Notes: generated by a model not told the origin, from the sequence alone. Shown: positions 43,912-53,434, numbered from the stretch's first letter. The stretch is 64,000 nucleotides of DNA from a bacterium (GCA_017960565.1 JAGCYY010000006.1:36675-100674); one strand, 5' to 3'. Numbers and translations: made by a program.

Positions 43912-45630
43912 ATGTTAGAAAAGTATATTAAAGCCGCACTAGGGCAAGAGGCATGCTCATTAGTTTTAAAAAATGCAAAATATGTTAATGTATTTACCCA
44001 CAAAATATGTACAGGTGATATCGCTATTAAAGATGATAAGATTGTAGGAATTGGTACATATAGTGGAGAAGTTGAAATAGATTGTACAAATAAAATTGTA
44101 ATTCCTGGTTTAATTGATGGACATGTTCATATTGAATCAAGCATGCTGACACCTGAAGGTTTTGCAGCACTAGTTCTTCCGCATGGAACTACTTCTGTTA
44201 TTGCTGATCCACATGAAATAACTAATGTCTCTGGAATGGATGGCTTTAATTATATGGTTGAAGCTAGCAAGAATGTTCCAATGGATATTTATATGCAGCT
44301 TCCATCTTGTGTTCCTGCAACACCATTTGAAACAAGTGGTGCTATTTTGGATGGAAAGACTATTGAGGCTGAAATAAAGAGGGAATCTGCTTATGGACTA
44401 GGCGAATTTATGAATTATCCTGGAGTACTGTCTTGTGAAAGTGATGTACTAAGAAAAATTGAAGGTGCTTTAAGAGAAAATAAAATAATCGATGGTCATT
44501 CTCCGTTCTTAGTTGGAAAAGAATTAAATGCATATTTGTCATCTGGAATATCTACTTGTCATGAATCATGTTCAGTAGAGGAGATGCAAGAAAAGTTAGA
44601 TAAGGGTATGTATACACACCTTCGTGTAGGTTCATATACAAAAGATTTAACTTTGGTTAAAGCGATTAATAACGATAATTATCACCGTGTTATTATGTGC
44701 ACAGATGATAAACACTGTGCAGATATTTGTTATCAAGGGCACTTAGATGAAGCATTAAGAAAAGTTGTCAAAGCTGGACTTGATCCAATAACTGCGGTTA
44801 CTATCGCGACTATCAACTGTGCTACTTGTTATAATTTAAAATATCGTGGAGGAATTGGGCCTGGATATTATGCTGATTTAGTAATTATAGATAACTTAAA
44901 AGATTTTAATGTATCTAAAGTTATTAAAGATGGCGCGGTTGTAGCTGAAAATGGAAAAGCATTATTTGATACAACAAAGAGATATTTACCAAAATCAGTA
45001 TTAGATACTGTTCATATTAAAGACTTCACTAAAGATGATTTTAAGATTAGACTAAAAGGAACAAAAGCTAATGTCATGACCACAATTAGTGGTGGTGTAA
45101 TGACAGGTTTAGAGGTATGTGATATCAAGACACAAGGTGATGATGTCGATATTAAAGGTACTGATATTTTAAAAATCATTGTAGTAGAACGCCATAAGAT
45201 GACCGGAAATATCGGTAAGGGATTAATTAAAGGATATGGCTTTAAAGGTGGCGCAATGGGAATATCGGTTGCCCATGATTCACACAACATTATCCTAATT
45301 GGTGATGATAATGAAGCTCTTCTTAAAGCTTTAAATGTATTAAAAGAAAATGGTGGTGGGCTTGTGCTTGTCGAAAAGAATAAAAATAAGGTTTATTCAC
45401 TACCACTAGAAATTGCTGGACTCATGTCTAATATAGATCCACTCGATTTAGTTGTTAAATCTCAAGCATTATTTGATAAAGCATATGAAATGGGAGTGAC
45501 AAAAGATAAAGAAGCTTTCTTCTCTTTAATGTTCTTGTCTCTTGCGGTTATACCACATATAAGACTAGTTGATAAAGGATTAGTTGATGTATTCAAGTTC
45601 AGTTTCATACCACTAGATGCTGATGAATAA
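43912..45630 (+). CDS. ade: Adenine deaminase
   Basis: 572 aa. VIPGLIDGHVHIESSML metal-binding motif, ADPHEI, and full-length Ade-like organisation. AAGGAG RBS. Confidence 0.88.
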   Translation: MLEKYIKAALGQEACSLVLKNAKYVNVFTHKICTGDIAIKDDKIVGIGTYSGEVEIDCTNKIVIPGLIDGHVHIESSMLTPEGFAALVLPHGTTSVIADPHEITNVSGMDGFNYMVEASKNVPMDIYMQLPSCVPATPFETSGAILDGKTIEAEIKRESAYGLGEFMNYPGVLSCESDVLRKIEGALRENKIIDGHSPFLVGKELNAYLSSGISTCHESCSVEEMQEKLDKGMYTHLRVGSYTKDLTLVKAINNDNYHRVIMCTDDKHCADICYQGHLDEALRKVVKAGLDPITAVTIATINCATCYNLKYRGGIGPGYYADLVIIDNLKDFNVSKVIKDGAVVAENGKALFDTTKRYLPKSVLDTVHIKDFTKDDFKIRLKGTKANVMTTISGGVMTGLEVCDIKTQGDDVDIKGTDILKIIVVERHKMTGNIGKGLIKGYGFKGGAMGISVAHDSHNIILIGDDNEALLKALNVLKENGGGLVLVEKNKNKVYSLPLEIAGLMSNIDPLDLVVKSQALFDKAYEMGVTKDKEAFFSLMFLSLAVIPHIRLVDKGLVDVFKFSFIPLDADE

Positions 45631-45656
45631 AAAAAGCAGTTGAACTGCTTTTTTCT
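45629..45656. terminator. Bidirectional terminator between ade and the LRR gene
   Basis: AAAAAAGCAGT-tgaa-CTGCTTTTTTC. Confidence 0.8.
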
Positions 45657-45734
45657 TTCGGTCAAATGCTTTATCATAAAATCGGGATTTAAGTTAAATA
45701 CTCTAACCTTAACTGTTATTACCGCTTATTATCT

Positions 45735-46877
45735 TTACCAAGAGATAGGCATGTCGTCAACCATATGCCAGTAATTACCTTCTTTTTGCGGAGGGTTTTC
45801 TGAATAATAATATACTTTAGTGTTTTCCGTGCTATAGGAAGAAGATAAAGAAAGTATCATTTTTTGGGTGGCTGCCGATAATTCAGACTCATCGCCGTTT
45901 ATAAATATGCTATCTAAATTATCATTCTCTCTAAAAAGAAAATCTCCACAATAAACTAAATCTTTCCCTATAACAATTTGCTTTAAGGATAAACAAGAAG
46001 TAAATGCCGCTTCGCCAAGTCCGCGCAATCCATCGGGAATAAATATATTTTTAATTTCGTAACAGCCGTTAAAAGCGGCACTGGCTATACATTTACAATT
46101 TGTATTTACAAAATAAAAATCATATGGCCAATTTTCTTCGTATATGGGTCTTGCACACATCAAAACGATAAAGGGGTTTGTATCATTACCTAAATAGTTC
46201 AAACCACCATCTGCGTTGTACGTTACCGGAGAACTATGGAAGGCCTCTTTACCTATATGCAATATATTTTCATGAATAACCACAGTGGTCAGGCGATCAC
46301 AATTATAGCACACGCGGGAACCTATGGTTTCTGTATTCTTTCCAAAATCGACTTTTACAAGCGACTGACAATATTCAAAAGCGGAATTTCCTACTTTTTT
46401 TATGGAATTAGGCAGAGTTATTTCTTCTATGCCGGAAGCTGCAAAAGCGGATGTATCTACTCTCTCAACACCTTCTTTTATCTCTACCGATTTTAGTTTT
46501 TCACAACCTCCAAAAGCCCATTCCGGTATACTTCTCACCGTAGAAGGAACAGTCACCGAGAGTAGATTTCGACAACCATAAAAGGCCGAATATCCTATTT
46601 CCTCTATACCTTCTGGAATGATAAGAGAAGTAATTTCTGTTTCTCTAAACGCATCATGCGCAATAACTTTTATAGGCAACCCTTTGTACTCGGCTGGTAT
46701 TTTGATCTTTGTCGTCCGTCCAATGAATTTTTGTAGAGTATAACTCTTATTATCCTCATTTAATTCGAATTGGAAATCCGATGTGGAAGTTGCATTATCA
46801 TAGAATACAAAAAATGGCACAATTAAAAGAGCCAAAATAATCACTGAGATAAGCGCTAACAACGATAACTTTTTCAT
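45735..46877 (-). CDS. Membrane-anchored BspA-type leucine-rich-repeat (LRR_5) protein
   Basis: Start ATG 46877 (MKKLSLLALISVIILALLIV) with GGAGGA RBS. Repeats of the form IPEGIEEIGYSAFYGCRNLLSVTVPSTV, ITLPNSIKKVGNSAFEYCQSL. A 100-nt sample is 41% GC. Confidence 0.8.
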   Translation of the reverse strand: MKKLSLLALISVIILALLIVPFFVFYDNATSTSDFQFELNEDNKSYTLQKFIGRTTKIKIPAEYKGLPIKVIAHDAFRETEITSLIIPEGIEEIGYSAFYGCRNLLSVTVPSTVRSIPEWAFGGCEKLKSVEIKEGVERVDTSAFAASGIEEITLPNSIKKVGNSAFEYCQSLVKVDFGKNTETIGSRVCYNCDRLTTVVIHENILHIGKEAFHSSPVTYNADGGLNYLGNDTNPFIVLMCARPIYEENWPYDFYFVNTNCKCIASAAFNGCYEIKNIFIPDGLRGLGEAAFTSCLSLKQIVIGKDLVYCGDFLFRENDNLDSIFINGDESELSAATQKMILSLSSSYSTENTKVYYYSENPPQKEGNYWHMVDDMPISW

Positions 46878-46947
46878 TTTGCATTCCTCCATGACCATTT
46901 ATTTTTTTTATTTATAATCTATAAGAAAACTTATAGGTCATCACACT

Positions 46948-47035
46948 TGGTGCGGATGACAAGACTTGAACTTGCACAGACAAAATATCTATTAGAACCT
47001 GAATCTAACGCGTTTACCAATTACGCCACATCCGC
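46948..47035 (-). tRNA. tRNA-Leu(CAG), class II, CCA encoded
   Basis: Revcomp GCGGATG-TG-GCG..CGC-G-TTAGA-TTCAGGT-TCTAA-long variable arm-GCAAG-TTCAAGT-CTTGT-CATCCGC-ACCA. Anticodon loop TT-CAG-GT. Confidence 0.9.
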
Positions 47036-47043
47036 ATATATTC

Positions 47044-47052
47044 ATTATATCA
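47044..47052 (-). promoter_or_regulatory. Extended -10 element (TGATATAAT) driving tRNA-Leu(CAG) independently
   Basis: Revcomp of 47044-47052 is TGATATAAT, ending 8 nt upstream of the mature tRNA 5' end and downstream of the 12-tRNA operon terminator. Confidence 0.55.
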
Positions 47053-47077
47053 TATAGGAAAAGAATAGCTCTGAAAT

Positions 47078-47103
47078 CAAAAAAAAAAAAACAGCGAACT
47101 GTT
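47078..47103 (-). terminator. Terminator of the 12-tRNA operon
   Basis: The minus strand reads AACAG-ttcg-CTGTT followed by 13 T (A13 at 47079-47091 on the plus strand). Confidence 0.6.
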
Positions 47104-47112
47104 AGAGTCTTA

Positions 47113-47188
47113 TGGTGGCTCAGGCCAGAATCGAACTGGCGACACATGGATTTTCAGTCCATTGCTCTACCAACTGAGCTACCGAGCC
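47113..47188 (-). tRNA. tRNA-Phe(GAA)
   Basis: Revcomp GGCTCGGTAGCTCAGTTGGTAGAGCAATGGACTGAAAATCCATGTGTCGCCAGTTCGATTCTGGCCTGAGCCACCA. Confidence 0.93.
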
Positions 47189-47197
47189 ATTCATAAG

Positions 47198-47274
47198 TGG
47201 CGGTCCCGACGAGACTTGAACTCGCGATCTCCAGTGTGACAGACTGACATGTTAACCAACTACACCACAGGACC
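47198..47274 (-). tRNA. tRNA-Asp(GTC)
   Basis: Revcomp GGTCCTGTGGTGTAGTTGGTTAACATGTCAGTCTGTCACACTGGAGATCGCGAGTTCAAGTCTCGTCGGGACCGCCA. Confidence 0.92.
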
Positions 47275-47285
47275 GTATATTTATT

Positions 47286-47361
<76 letters not shown>

Positions 47362-47374
47362 ATATTAATAAGAT

Positions 47375-47467
47375 TGGCGGAGAAAGAGGGATTCGAACCC
47401 CCGCGGGACTTTCATCCCCTGTCGGTTTTCAAGACCGATCCCTTCAACCAGGCTTGGGTATTTCTCC
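47375..47467 (-). tRNA. tRNA-Ser(TGA), class II
   Basis: Revcomp GGAGAAATACCCAAGCCTGGTTGAAGGGATCGGTCTTGAAAACCGACAGGGG...GGTTCGAATCCCTCTTTCTCCGCCA. Confidence 0.9.
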
Positions 47468-47480
47468 GTAATTATTAAAT

Positions 47481-47557
47481 TGGTGGACCCAGAAGGACTC
47501 GAACCTACGACCACCCGGTTATGAGCCGGAAGCTCTAACCAACTGAGCTATGGGTCC
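47481..47557 (-). tRNA. tRNA with CAT anticodon, most likely tRNA-Ile2 (lysidine-modified)
   Basis: Revcomp GGACCCATAGCTCAGTTGGTTAGAGCTTCCGGCTCATAACCGGGTGGTCGTAGGTTCGAGTCCTTCTGGGTCCACCA. It resembles the Bacillus tRNA-Ile(CAU) body and occupies the Ile slot of the conserved Ala-Met-Ile-Ser-fMet-Asp-Phe order. Confidence 0.75.
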
Positions 47558-47564
47558 ATAAATA

Positions 47565-47641
47565 TGGTAGCGGCGGTGGGGATCGAACCTACAACCTTGC
47601 GGGTATGAACCGCACGCTCTAGCCAATTGAGCTACGCCGCC
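47565..47641 (-). tRNA. Elongator tRNA-Met(CAT)
   Basis: Revcomp GGCGGCGTAGCTCAATTGGCTAGAGCGTGCGGTTCATACCCGCAAGGTTGTAGGTTCGATCCCCACCGCCGCTACCA. Confidence 0.85.
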
Positions 47642-47665
47642 AGGTTATCTTTATAAAAAAAATAA

Positions 47666-47741
47666 TGGTGGAGCATAACGGGATCGAACCGATGACCTCC
47701 TGCTTGCAAGGCAGGCGCTCTCCCAGCTGAGCTAATGCCCC
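47666..47741 (-). tRNA. tRNA-Ala(TGC)
   Basis: Revcomp GGGGCATTAGCTCAGCTGGGAGAGCGCCTGCCTTGCAAGCAGGAGGTCATCGGTTCGATCCCGTTATGCTCCACCA. G3:U70 is present. Confidence 0.93.
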
Positions 47742-47748
47742 GATTGTT

Positions 47749-47835
47749 TGGTACCCAAGGCCGGACTTGAACCGGCACGTCATTGCTGACAATGGATTTT
47801 AAATCCATCGCGTCTACCTATTCCGCCACTCAGGC
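47749..47835 (-). tRNA. tRNA-Leu(TAA), class II
   Basis: Revcomp GCCTGAGTGGCGGAATAGGTAGACGCGATGGATTTAAAATCCATTGTCAGCAATGACGTGCCGGTTCAAGTCCGGCCTTGGGTACCA. Confidence 0.9.
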
Positions 47836-47845
47836 ATCTAGAGAC

Positions 47846-47921
47846 TGGTGACTCGCTGGAGATTCGAACTCCAGACCCCTTGATTAAAAGTCAAGTGCTC
47901 TACCGGCTGAGCTAGCGAGTC
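47846..47921 (-). tRNA. tRNA-Lys(TTT)
   Basis: Revcomp GACTCGCTAGCTCAGCCGGTAGAGCACTTGACTTTTAATCAAGGGGTCTGGAGTTCGAATCTCCAGCGAGTCACCA. Confidence 0.93.
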
Positions 47922-47929
47922 TTAAGAGG

Positions 47930-48006
47930 TGGTGCCGAAAGTAGGAATTGAACCCACAACCTACTGATTACAAGTCAGTTGCTCTGCCAGATTGCGCTAT
48001 TTCGGC
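47930..48006 (-). tRNA. tRNA-Thr(TGT)
   Basis: Revcomp GCCGAAATAGCGCAATCTGGCAGAGCAACTGACTTGTAATCAGTAGGTTGTGGGTTCAATTCCTACTTTCGGCACCA. Confidence 0.9.
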
Positions 48007-48017
48007 ACTTATTCTCA

Positions 48018-48093
48018 TGGTGGGAGATGACGGGCTCGAACCGCCGACCCTCTGCTTGTAAGGCAGATGCTCTCCCAGCTGAGCTAATCTCCC
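48018..48093 (-). tRNA. tRNA-Val(TAC)
   Basis: Revcomp GGGAGATTAGCTCAGCTGGGAGAGCATCTGCCTTACAAGCAGAGGGTCGGCGGTTCGAGCCCGTCATCTCCCACCA. Confidence 0.93.
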
Positions 48094-48109
48094 ATATATT
48101 TGCTCGGTT

Positions 48110-48186
48110 TGGTGGGCCAGGATGGACTTGAACCATCGACCTCTGCCTTATCAGAGCAGCGCTCTAACCAACTGAGCTATTGGCCC
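48110..48186 (-). tRNA. tRNA-Ile(GAT)
   Basis: Revcomp GGGCCAATAGCTCAGTTGGTTAGAGCGCTGCTCTGATAAGGCAGAGGTCGATGGTTCAAGTCCATCCTGGCCCACCA. Confidence 0.92.
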
Positions 48187-48217
48187 GAGAAGTTTCCTCA
48201 TAAAACCGCGCTTTATT

Positions 48218-48246
48218 ATTTTACTTTAAGTTAATGCTTTTGTCAA
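48218..48246 (-). promoter_or_regulatory. Sigma-A-type promoter of the tRNA operon
   Basis: The minus strand reads TTGACA (48246-48241), a 17-nt spacer, then TAAAAT (48223-48218), about 30 nt upstream of tRNA-Ile(GAT). Confidence 0.65.
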
Positions 48247-48299
48247 TTGTTTTTTTGCATATGTTTTCTTTAATTAAAGAAATGTCATAAAACATAGTT

Positions 48300-48983
48300 T
48301 TATTTATTCTTGTGAAGTCTTATTGGATATGTTTTTGGTGTTTCTTTAATTTTTTCAATTACGATAATTTCGTAATTTCTATCTAAAACTTGGTATTTTA
48401 TCTCATCTTTTACTTCTGCACCTATCTTTTTGAGAAGAGTTTTAGCTTCTTGGAGTTCATAAGATGCCCTTCTTTGACCTTTCATCGCAATAAGTTTTCC
48501 ACCTATTTTTAAAAAAGGTATTGTGTATGGAAGTTGCTCAAGAATGGTTGAGACAGCCCTCGTTGTGACATAGTCATATGTGTCAAGTTTTGTAAAATCT
48601 TCAGCTCTCATATGATTGACATCTATGTTGCTTAATTTTAAGGTATTTACTATAGATTTTATAAAATCAACTTTTTTCTTTGTCGCTTCTATGATAGATA
48701 TATTCATATTCTCATTCACAATTTTTAGTGGCAATGCTGGAAAACCAGGTCCTGAGCCAATGTCTAGTAGTTTTATATCTTTTTTTGTTAGATCAATGGC
48801 TTTCATTACCATTAATGAATCATAGAAATGAAAATAATATACTGATTCTTCGTCTATCAACCTTGTCAGGTTTGTGGTTTTGTTTGCTTCAACTAAAAGT
48901 GAAAAGAAAGAATCAAAATTCTTTATCATCTCTTCTGTTAAGTTGATTCCTTCTTTTTTTAAATCTTCAATAAACGTTTTCAA
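48300..48983 (-). CDS. rsmG: 16S rRNA (guanine527-N7)-methyltransferase
   Basis: 227 aa. LLDIGSGPGFPALPLKI SAM motif, TTNLTRL N-terminal motif, and position downstream of mnmG. Confidence 0.88.
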   Translation of the reverse strand: MKTFIEDLKKEGINLTEEMIKNFDSFFSLLVEANKTTNLTRLIDEESVYYFHFYDSLMVMKAIDLTKKDIKLLDIGSGPGFPALPLKIVNENMNISIIEATKKKVDFIKSIVNTLKLSNIDVNHMRAEDFTKLDTYDYVTTRAVSTILEQLPYTIPFLKIGGKLIAMKGQRRASYELQEAKTLLKKIGAEVKDEIKYQVLDRNYEIIVIEKIKETPKTYPIRLHKNK

Positions 48984-48990
48984 TGTAACA

Positions 48991-50850
48991 TTACCTTTTT
49001 GCTTTAATATATGTTAAGAGTATTGCGACATCAGCAGGATTTACCCCACTGATTCTATTTGCTTGACCAATTGAAGTTGGGTTTACAATTTTTAATTTTT
49101 CTTTTGCTTCACTTGCAAGATTATGAATGTCATCATAATTAATATCTTCTGGAATTTTTAGTGCTTCAACACGTTTTAGTTCTTGTGCTTCTTTTTGTGC
49201 TTTTTTGATGTATCCTTCATATTTGATATCTACATCTATCTGTCTTATTAGTTTATCATCAATTGCTATGTCTTTTTTTAAAACTAAAAAAGCTTTTTTG
49301 TAGTCATAATCTGGTCTTTTAATTAAATTATACAAAGATTCTTTGTTTGAGATTGTTGAAAGACCTAAGCTAATACATATTTCATTTTGTTCTTTTGTCC
49401 CTATAATATATTCGCCTTTTAGTCTTTCTTTTTCTTCTTCAATTGTTTTTTGGCTTATTAAGAATTCATTATAGTCTTCGTCACTTATTAGACCAATTTC
49501 GTGACCATATGGCATTAATCTTGTGTAAGCATTGTCGTTTCTAAGTAGTAATCTATGTTCCGCTCTCGATGTCAACATTCTATATGGTTCTTCCGTCCCT
49601 TTTGTCACAAGATCATCAATTAGAACACCTATATATGCTTCATCTCTTCTTAAGATAAAAGGTGGAAGAGAGTCTAGCTTTCGAGCTGCATTGATGCCAG
49701 CCATAAGACCTTGGCAAGCAGCTTCTTCATAGCCGCTTGTGCCGTTGATTTGACCAGCTGTATAAAGATTTTCAATGATTTTTGTCTCTAATGTTCTTTT
49801 GATTTGTAATGGATTTATGGCATCATATTCAATAGCGTATGCATATTCCATTATAACGGCATTTTCAAGACCTGGGAGACTTTTTATCATCTCATCTTGA
49901 ATATCTTCGGGCATTGATGTTGAAAAACCTTGAAGGTACATTTTATGAGAATTAGGAGAGACGGGTTCAATAAATATTTGATGTCTTTCTTTGTCTTTAA
50001 ATCTTACTAATTTTGTTTCAATTGATGGACAATATCTTGGTCCTACACCTGTGATTTCGCCACCATATAGTGCTGATTTTTCAAGATTATCAAGAATAAT
50101 TTTGTGTGTTTCTTTGGTTGTATGAATGAGATAACATGGTATTTGTTTATCAAGAGGGAGAAAGTTTTTGGTTTTATATGAAAAACCTTCATTGTCCCTA
50201 TCTCCGTTTTGAATAATCATATTAGAATAATCTATAGATGTATCGAGAATTCTCGCAGGAGTACCGGTTTTTAATCGCATTATTTCAAAACCTAATTCTT
50301 TTAGTGAATTAGATAAAGATTTATATGTTTTCTGCCCCTCAGGCCCAGAAAAAACCTCGTTACTTCCCTTAAAACAAACCGAATTTAGATATGTGCCTGT
50401 AGTTAAAACGACAGCGTCACATAGAAATAATCTTCCATCTTCTAAATCTAATCCTTTTATTTTTTTGTCTTCTGTGAGAATGCTTCTAACATAGCCTTCT
50501 ATAAAATCTAGATTTTCTTGATTCAATATAACTTTTAACATCTCTTCATGATATTTATATTTATCTGATTGACATCTAAGTGCTTGAACAGCTGGACCAT
50601 TTGACCCATTTAGTAATCTCATTTGAAGATATGATCTATCCGCAATTACTCCCATCTCTCCGCCAAGAGCGTCTATTTCTTTTACCAAAATACCCTTCGC
50701 TGGTCCACCGATCGAAGGGTTACAAGGCATTGAGGCTATATAGTCTTTATTTCCTGATATTAATAGTGTTTTCTTTTTTAATCTTGCAAGAGAAAGGGCA
50801 GCTTCACATCCAGCATGGCCTCCTCCTACAACTATTGCATCGTATTTCAT
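48991..50850 (-). CDS. mnmG: tRNA uridine-5-carboxymethylaminomethyl modification enzyme MnmG (GidA)
   Basis: 619 aa. YDAIVVGGGHAGCEAA FAD motif, GPRYCPSIE, AGQINGTSGYEEAA. Confidence 0.93.
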   Translation of the reverse strand: MKYDAIVVGGGHAGCEAALSLARLKKKTLLISGNKDYIASMPCNPSIGGPAKGILVKEIDALGGEMGVIADRSYLQMRLLNGSNGPAVQALRCQSDKYKYHEEMLKVILNQENLDFIEGYVRSILTEDKKIKGLDLEDGRLFLCDAVVLTTGTYLNSVCFKGSNEVFSGPEGQKTYKSLSNSLKELGFEIMRLKTGTPARILDTSIDYSNMIIQNGDRDNEGFSYKTKNFLPLDKQIPCYLIHTTKETHKIILDNLEKSALYGGEITGVGPRYCPSIETKLVRFKDKERHQIFIEPVSPNSHKMYLQGFSTSMPEDIQDEMIKSLPGLENAVIMEYAYAIEYDAINPLQIKRTLETKIIENLYTAGQINGTSGYEEAACQGLMAGINAARKLDSLPPFILRRDEAYIGVLIDDLVTKGTEEPYRMLTSRAEHRLLLRNDNAYTRLMPYGHEIGLISDEDYNEFLISQKTIEEEKERLKGEYIIGTKEQNEICISLGLSTISNKESLYNLIKRPDYDYKKAFLVLKKDIAIDDKLIRQIDVDIKYEGYIKKAQKEAQELKRVEALKIPEDINYDDIHNLASEAKEKLKIVNPTSIGQANRISGVNPADVAILLTYIKAKR

Positions 50851-50960
50851 ATTCTATTTTAACCACATTAACTATATCATAAAAAGGATTTATTTGTGAA
50901 TTTTTGAAATAGAAAAATAATATTTATATTATAATATTATTAGATGGGGGTTTATTTTTT

Positions 50961-51668
50961 ATGAAAGCCAAAATTTTAATTATTGAAGATGAGATGAAAT
51001 ATGCTTATATTCTTGAAAGATTCTTTACATCTGATGACTATGAAGTTACTATCGCTTTTGATGGAATGAGTGGTCTTCAAAAATTTAAAGAAACAGACCC
51101 AGATATTATTTGCCTAGATATTATGCTTCCTAAAATGGATGGATGGGAAGTAGCTAAAAGGATTAGAGAAGTATCTAATGTTCCAATTATTATGATGAGT
51201 GCTCTATCAGAAGATGGGGATATTTTAAAAGGTTATGGCTTGCATGTAGACGATTATGTTACAAAACCATTTAGAACTCCTATTTTACTCGCAAAAGTAA
51301 ACAACATCCTCGAAAGACGTAGACAACTTCAGGAACAATCTCGTGCTAGCTTACTTCAAGGGGTTGATGAAAACAAAGATTTAACCGCTGGCAAGATTAG
51401 ACTAGTAAGAAAGAATATGCAGTGCTATATTAACGATGAAATAGTTAAAATCACAAAGACAGAATATAAATTACTAGAATACCTAATGGAAAATCGCGGA
51501 AAGAATTGTACAAGGGAATCATTATTCCACACTTTCTGGGAAGGAAGAGATATTGACGATAGAATCATCGATACATATATCAAAAAACTTAGAAAATTAG
51601 TGGCTAATGGTGAGTGTGAAATTATCACTGCATTCGGTATAGGATATAGATTTGAAGAGAGAAAATAA
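50961..51668 (+). CDS. OmpR-family response regulator
   Basis: Receiver domain (ILIIEDE...DIICLDIMLPKMDGWEV...KP) and winged-helix C-terminus (LTKTEYKLLEYLMEN...GIGYRF). Confidence 0.88.
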   Translation: MKAKILIIEDEMKYAYILERFFTSDDYEVTIAFDGMSGLQKFKETDPDIICLDIMLPKMDGWEVAKRIREVSNVPIIMMSALSEDGDILKGYGLHVDDYVTKPFRTPILLAKVNNILERRRQLQEQSRASLLQGVDENKDLTAGKIRLVRKNMQCYINDEIVKITKTEYKLLEYLMENRGKNCTRESLFHTFWEGRDIDDRIIDTYIKKLRKLVANGECEIITAFGIGYRFEERK

Positions 51669-53397
51669 ACTCAATGATAGAATAATAAAAACATCTTTCC
51701 AAACACAATTATTTTTAATTGTGCTTCTTTGTTTTATTCTTTTTGTAGTCATAGACTATGTAATAATTGAGTACTCTTTTAGAAATAGATATATTAAATC
51801 AAAAGTTGAAAGTGTAAGCGAAGATGTTATATTCCTTTCTTCTTCTTTGAATGAAGGGAATAAATCTATACTAGAAGTTCTAGAAAATTTTACTGAAGAA
51901 AAAGGCTATATTACTGTCATTGTTAATTCTAAATCAGGAACATTTTCCCTCACAGACTATGAATATTCTGCTTATAAAATCAGAGTCCAGTGTGAATCCG
52001 AAATATACGATCTTTATATTCCGGAATATAATATAATCTTAAAAGAGAACGATGTTATAGATATCGACATAGAGATTCAAGAAAAAGATAATATACATAT
52101 CGTTAGAAATCTATCGATGGGAGGCACTGAATATATAAGTTCAAGTAATAAAGAAGGTCTTATCCATCTAACCTCAGCAACTGTGATAGGATGTGAAATA
52201 CCAAAGAACTTAAATTATCTCTATCGAAACAATAAGATTGTCACAAGGAGTGTAGAATTACTAAACACAAAAATCAAAGATTTTAGTGATGTTAAAACAA
52301 ACACTTCTTCTTATTCTTCTTATTATCTAGATCGATCAAATGGTTATTTATTATCTTTATATAAACCTAATAGTTTTGAAGATGTCAGTGATTTTGTCTT
52401 CGTTATTTCTTCGTTTATTGAAACAGATACTCTCTTGTCTATAGTTTCTTCTTATTATGGTTATATAGTCCTTGGATCTATCATAATTGCGGTTGGAATC
52501 GCTCTATTTATTTCAAGAGCTTTCTCTAATCCATTAAAAACATTAGAAAAAGAGATGAAAAATCTAGCATCTGGCAATTATGAACAATCAGAACATGTCT
52601 TTAAAAATGTGGAAATGGTTTCTTTACAAAACACCATAAACGAAGTTAAAAAAGATACAGAAGCTAATGTTTCTGATATTGAAAATCAAAAAAAGTCATT
52701 AGAGAAACTTAATCAAGAGTTACTTAAAGAGGAGGAACTTAGAAAATCGTTTATCGCAAGACTTTCACACGAACTTAAAACGCCTCTAATGGTAATAAGC
52801 GCAACAACTGAAGCAATGATGAGTAGGCTCATTCCGGAAAATGAAATCGATAATGAATATAATAATATCCTTACTGAAGTAGATAAAACGACAGGAATAA
52901 TTAAAGACATTATCAATACATACAGAAATTCTACTACTGAAATGAAACTTAATTCTTCTAGATTTAAGTTGAATGATTTAGTAGAAAATATTCTTCATGA
53001 AACGCTACCGATTGCACAAAACAAAAAACTAAAAGTTAAATTGAATATCAAAACACCTGTGTTTATATTCGCTGATGAAGAACTAATTGCGCAAGTTGTA
53101 TCTAATTTTATAACTAATGCATTTAAATATACCTCTGATAGAAATATAGTTGAAATAAATATCTTAGATCAAAAGACAAGCGTTACATTTGAAGTCATCA
53201 ATCATGGTTCTAAAATCAACGATGAAAATCTCGAGAAAATATGGCTTCCTTTCTTTAGAGAAAATGAAAACATTGATAGCACATCTACCGGTATGGGGTT
53301 ATATATTGTAAAAAGCATTTTAGATGCGCATAAGTATGAATATAGCGTTTCAAATATTGAAGGTGCAGTTAGATCATACTTCAAAGTAACAAAATAA
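51652..53397 (+). CDS. Sensor histidine kinase (2 TM, extracytoplasmic domain, HAMP, HisKA, HATPase_c)
   Basis: TTG start overlapping the regulator by 17 nt (no in-frame ATG before the first TM helix). H-box FIARLSHELKTPL, N-box FITNAFKYT, G-box STGMGLYIVKSIL. Confidence 0.82.
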   Translation: MKRENKLNDRIIKTSFQTQLFLIVLLCFILFVVIDYVIIEYSFRNRYIKSKVESVSEDVIFLSSSLNEGNKSILEVLENFTEEKGYITVIVNSKSGTFSLTDYEYSAYKIRVQCESEIYDLYIPEYNIILKENDVIDIDIEIQEKDNIHIVRNLSMGGTEYISSSNKEGLIHLTSATVIGCEIPKNLNYLYRNNKIVTRSVELLNTKIKDFSDVKTNTSSYSSYYLDRSNGYLLSLYKPNSFEDVSDFVFVISSFIETDTLLSIVSSYYGYIVLGSIIIAVGIALFISRAFSNPLKTLEKEMKNLASGNYEQSEHVFKNVEMVSLQNTINEVKKDTEANVSDIENQKKSLEKLNQELLKEEELRKSFIARLSHELKTPLMVISATTEAMMSRLIPENEIDNEYNNILTEVDKTTGIIKDIINTYRNSTTEMKLNSSRFKLNDLVENILHETLPIAQNKKLKVKLNIKTPVFIFADEELIAQVVSNFITNAFKYTSDRNIVEINILDQKTSVTFEVINHGSKINDENLEKIWLPFFRENENIDSTSTGMGLYIVKSILDAHKYEYSVSNIEGAVRSYFKVTK

Positions 53398-53405
53398 AAT
53401 ATTTC

Positions 53406-53434
53406 TTGCATTAATCACTTCTTCTTGATAAAAT
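53406..53434 (+). promoter_or_regulatory. Sigma-A-type promoter of rpmE
   Basis: TTGCAT (53406-53411), 17-nt spacer, TAAAAT (53429-53434) preceded by TGa (extended -10). Confidence 0.6.

Noticed and set aside
47079-47091. A13 homopolymer as a phase-variation tract
   Set aside because: It is intergenic, and on the minus strand it is the U-tract of the tRNA operon terminator.
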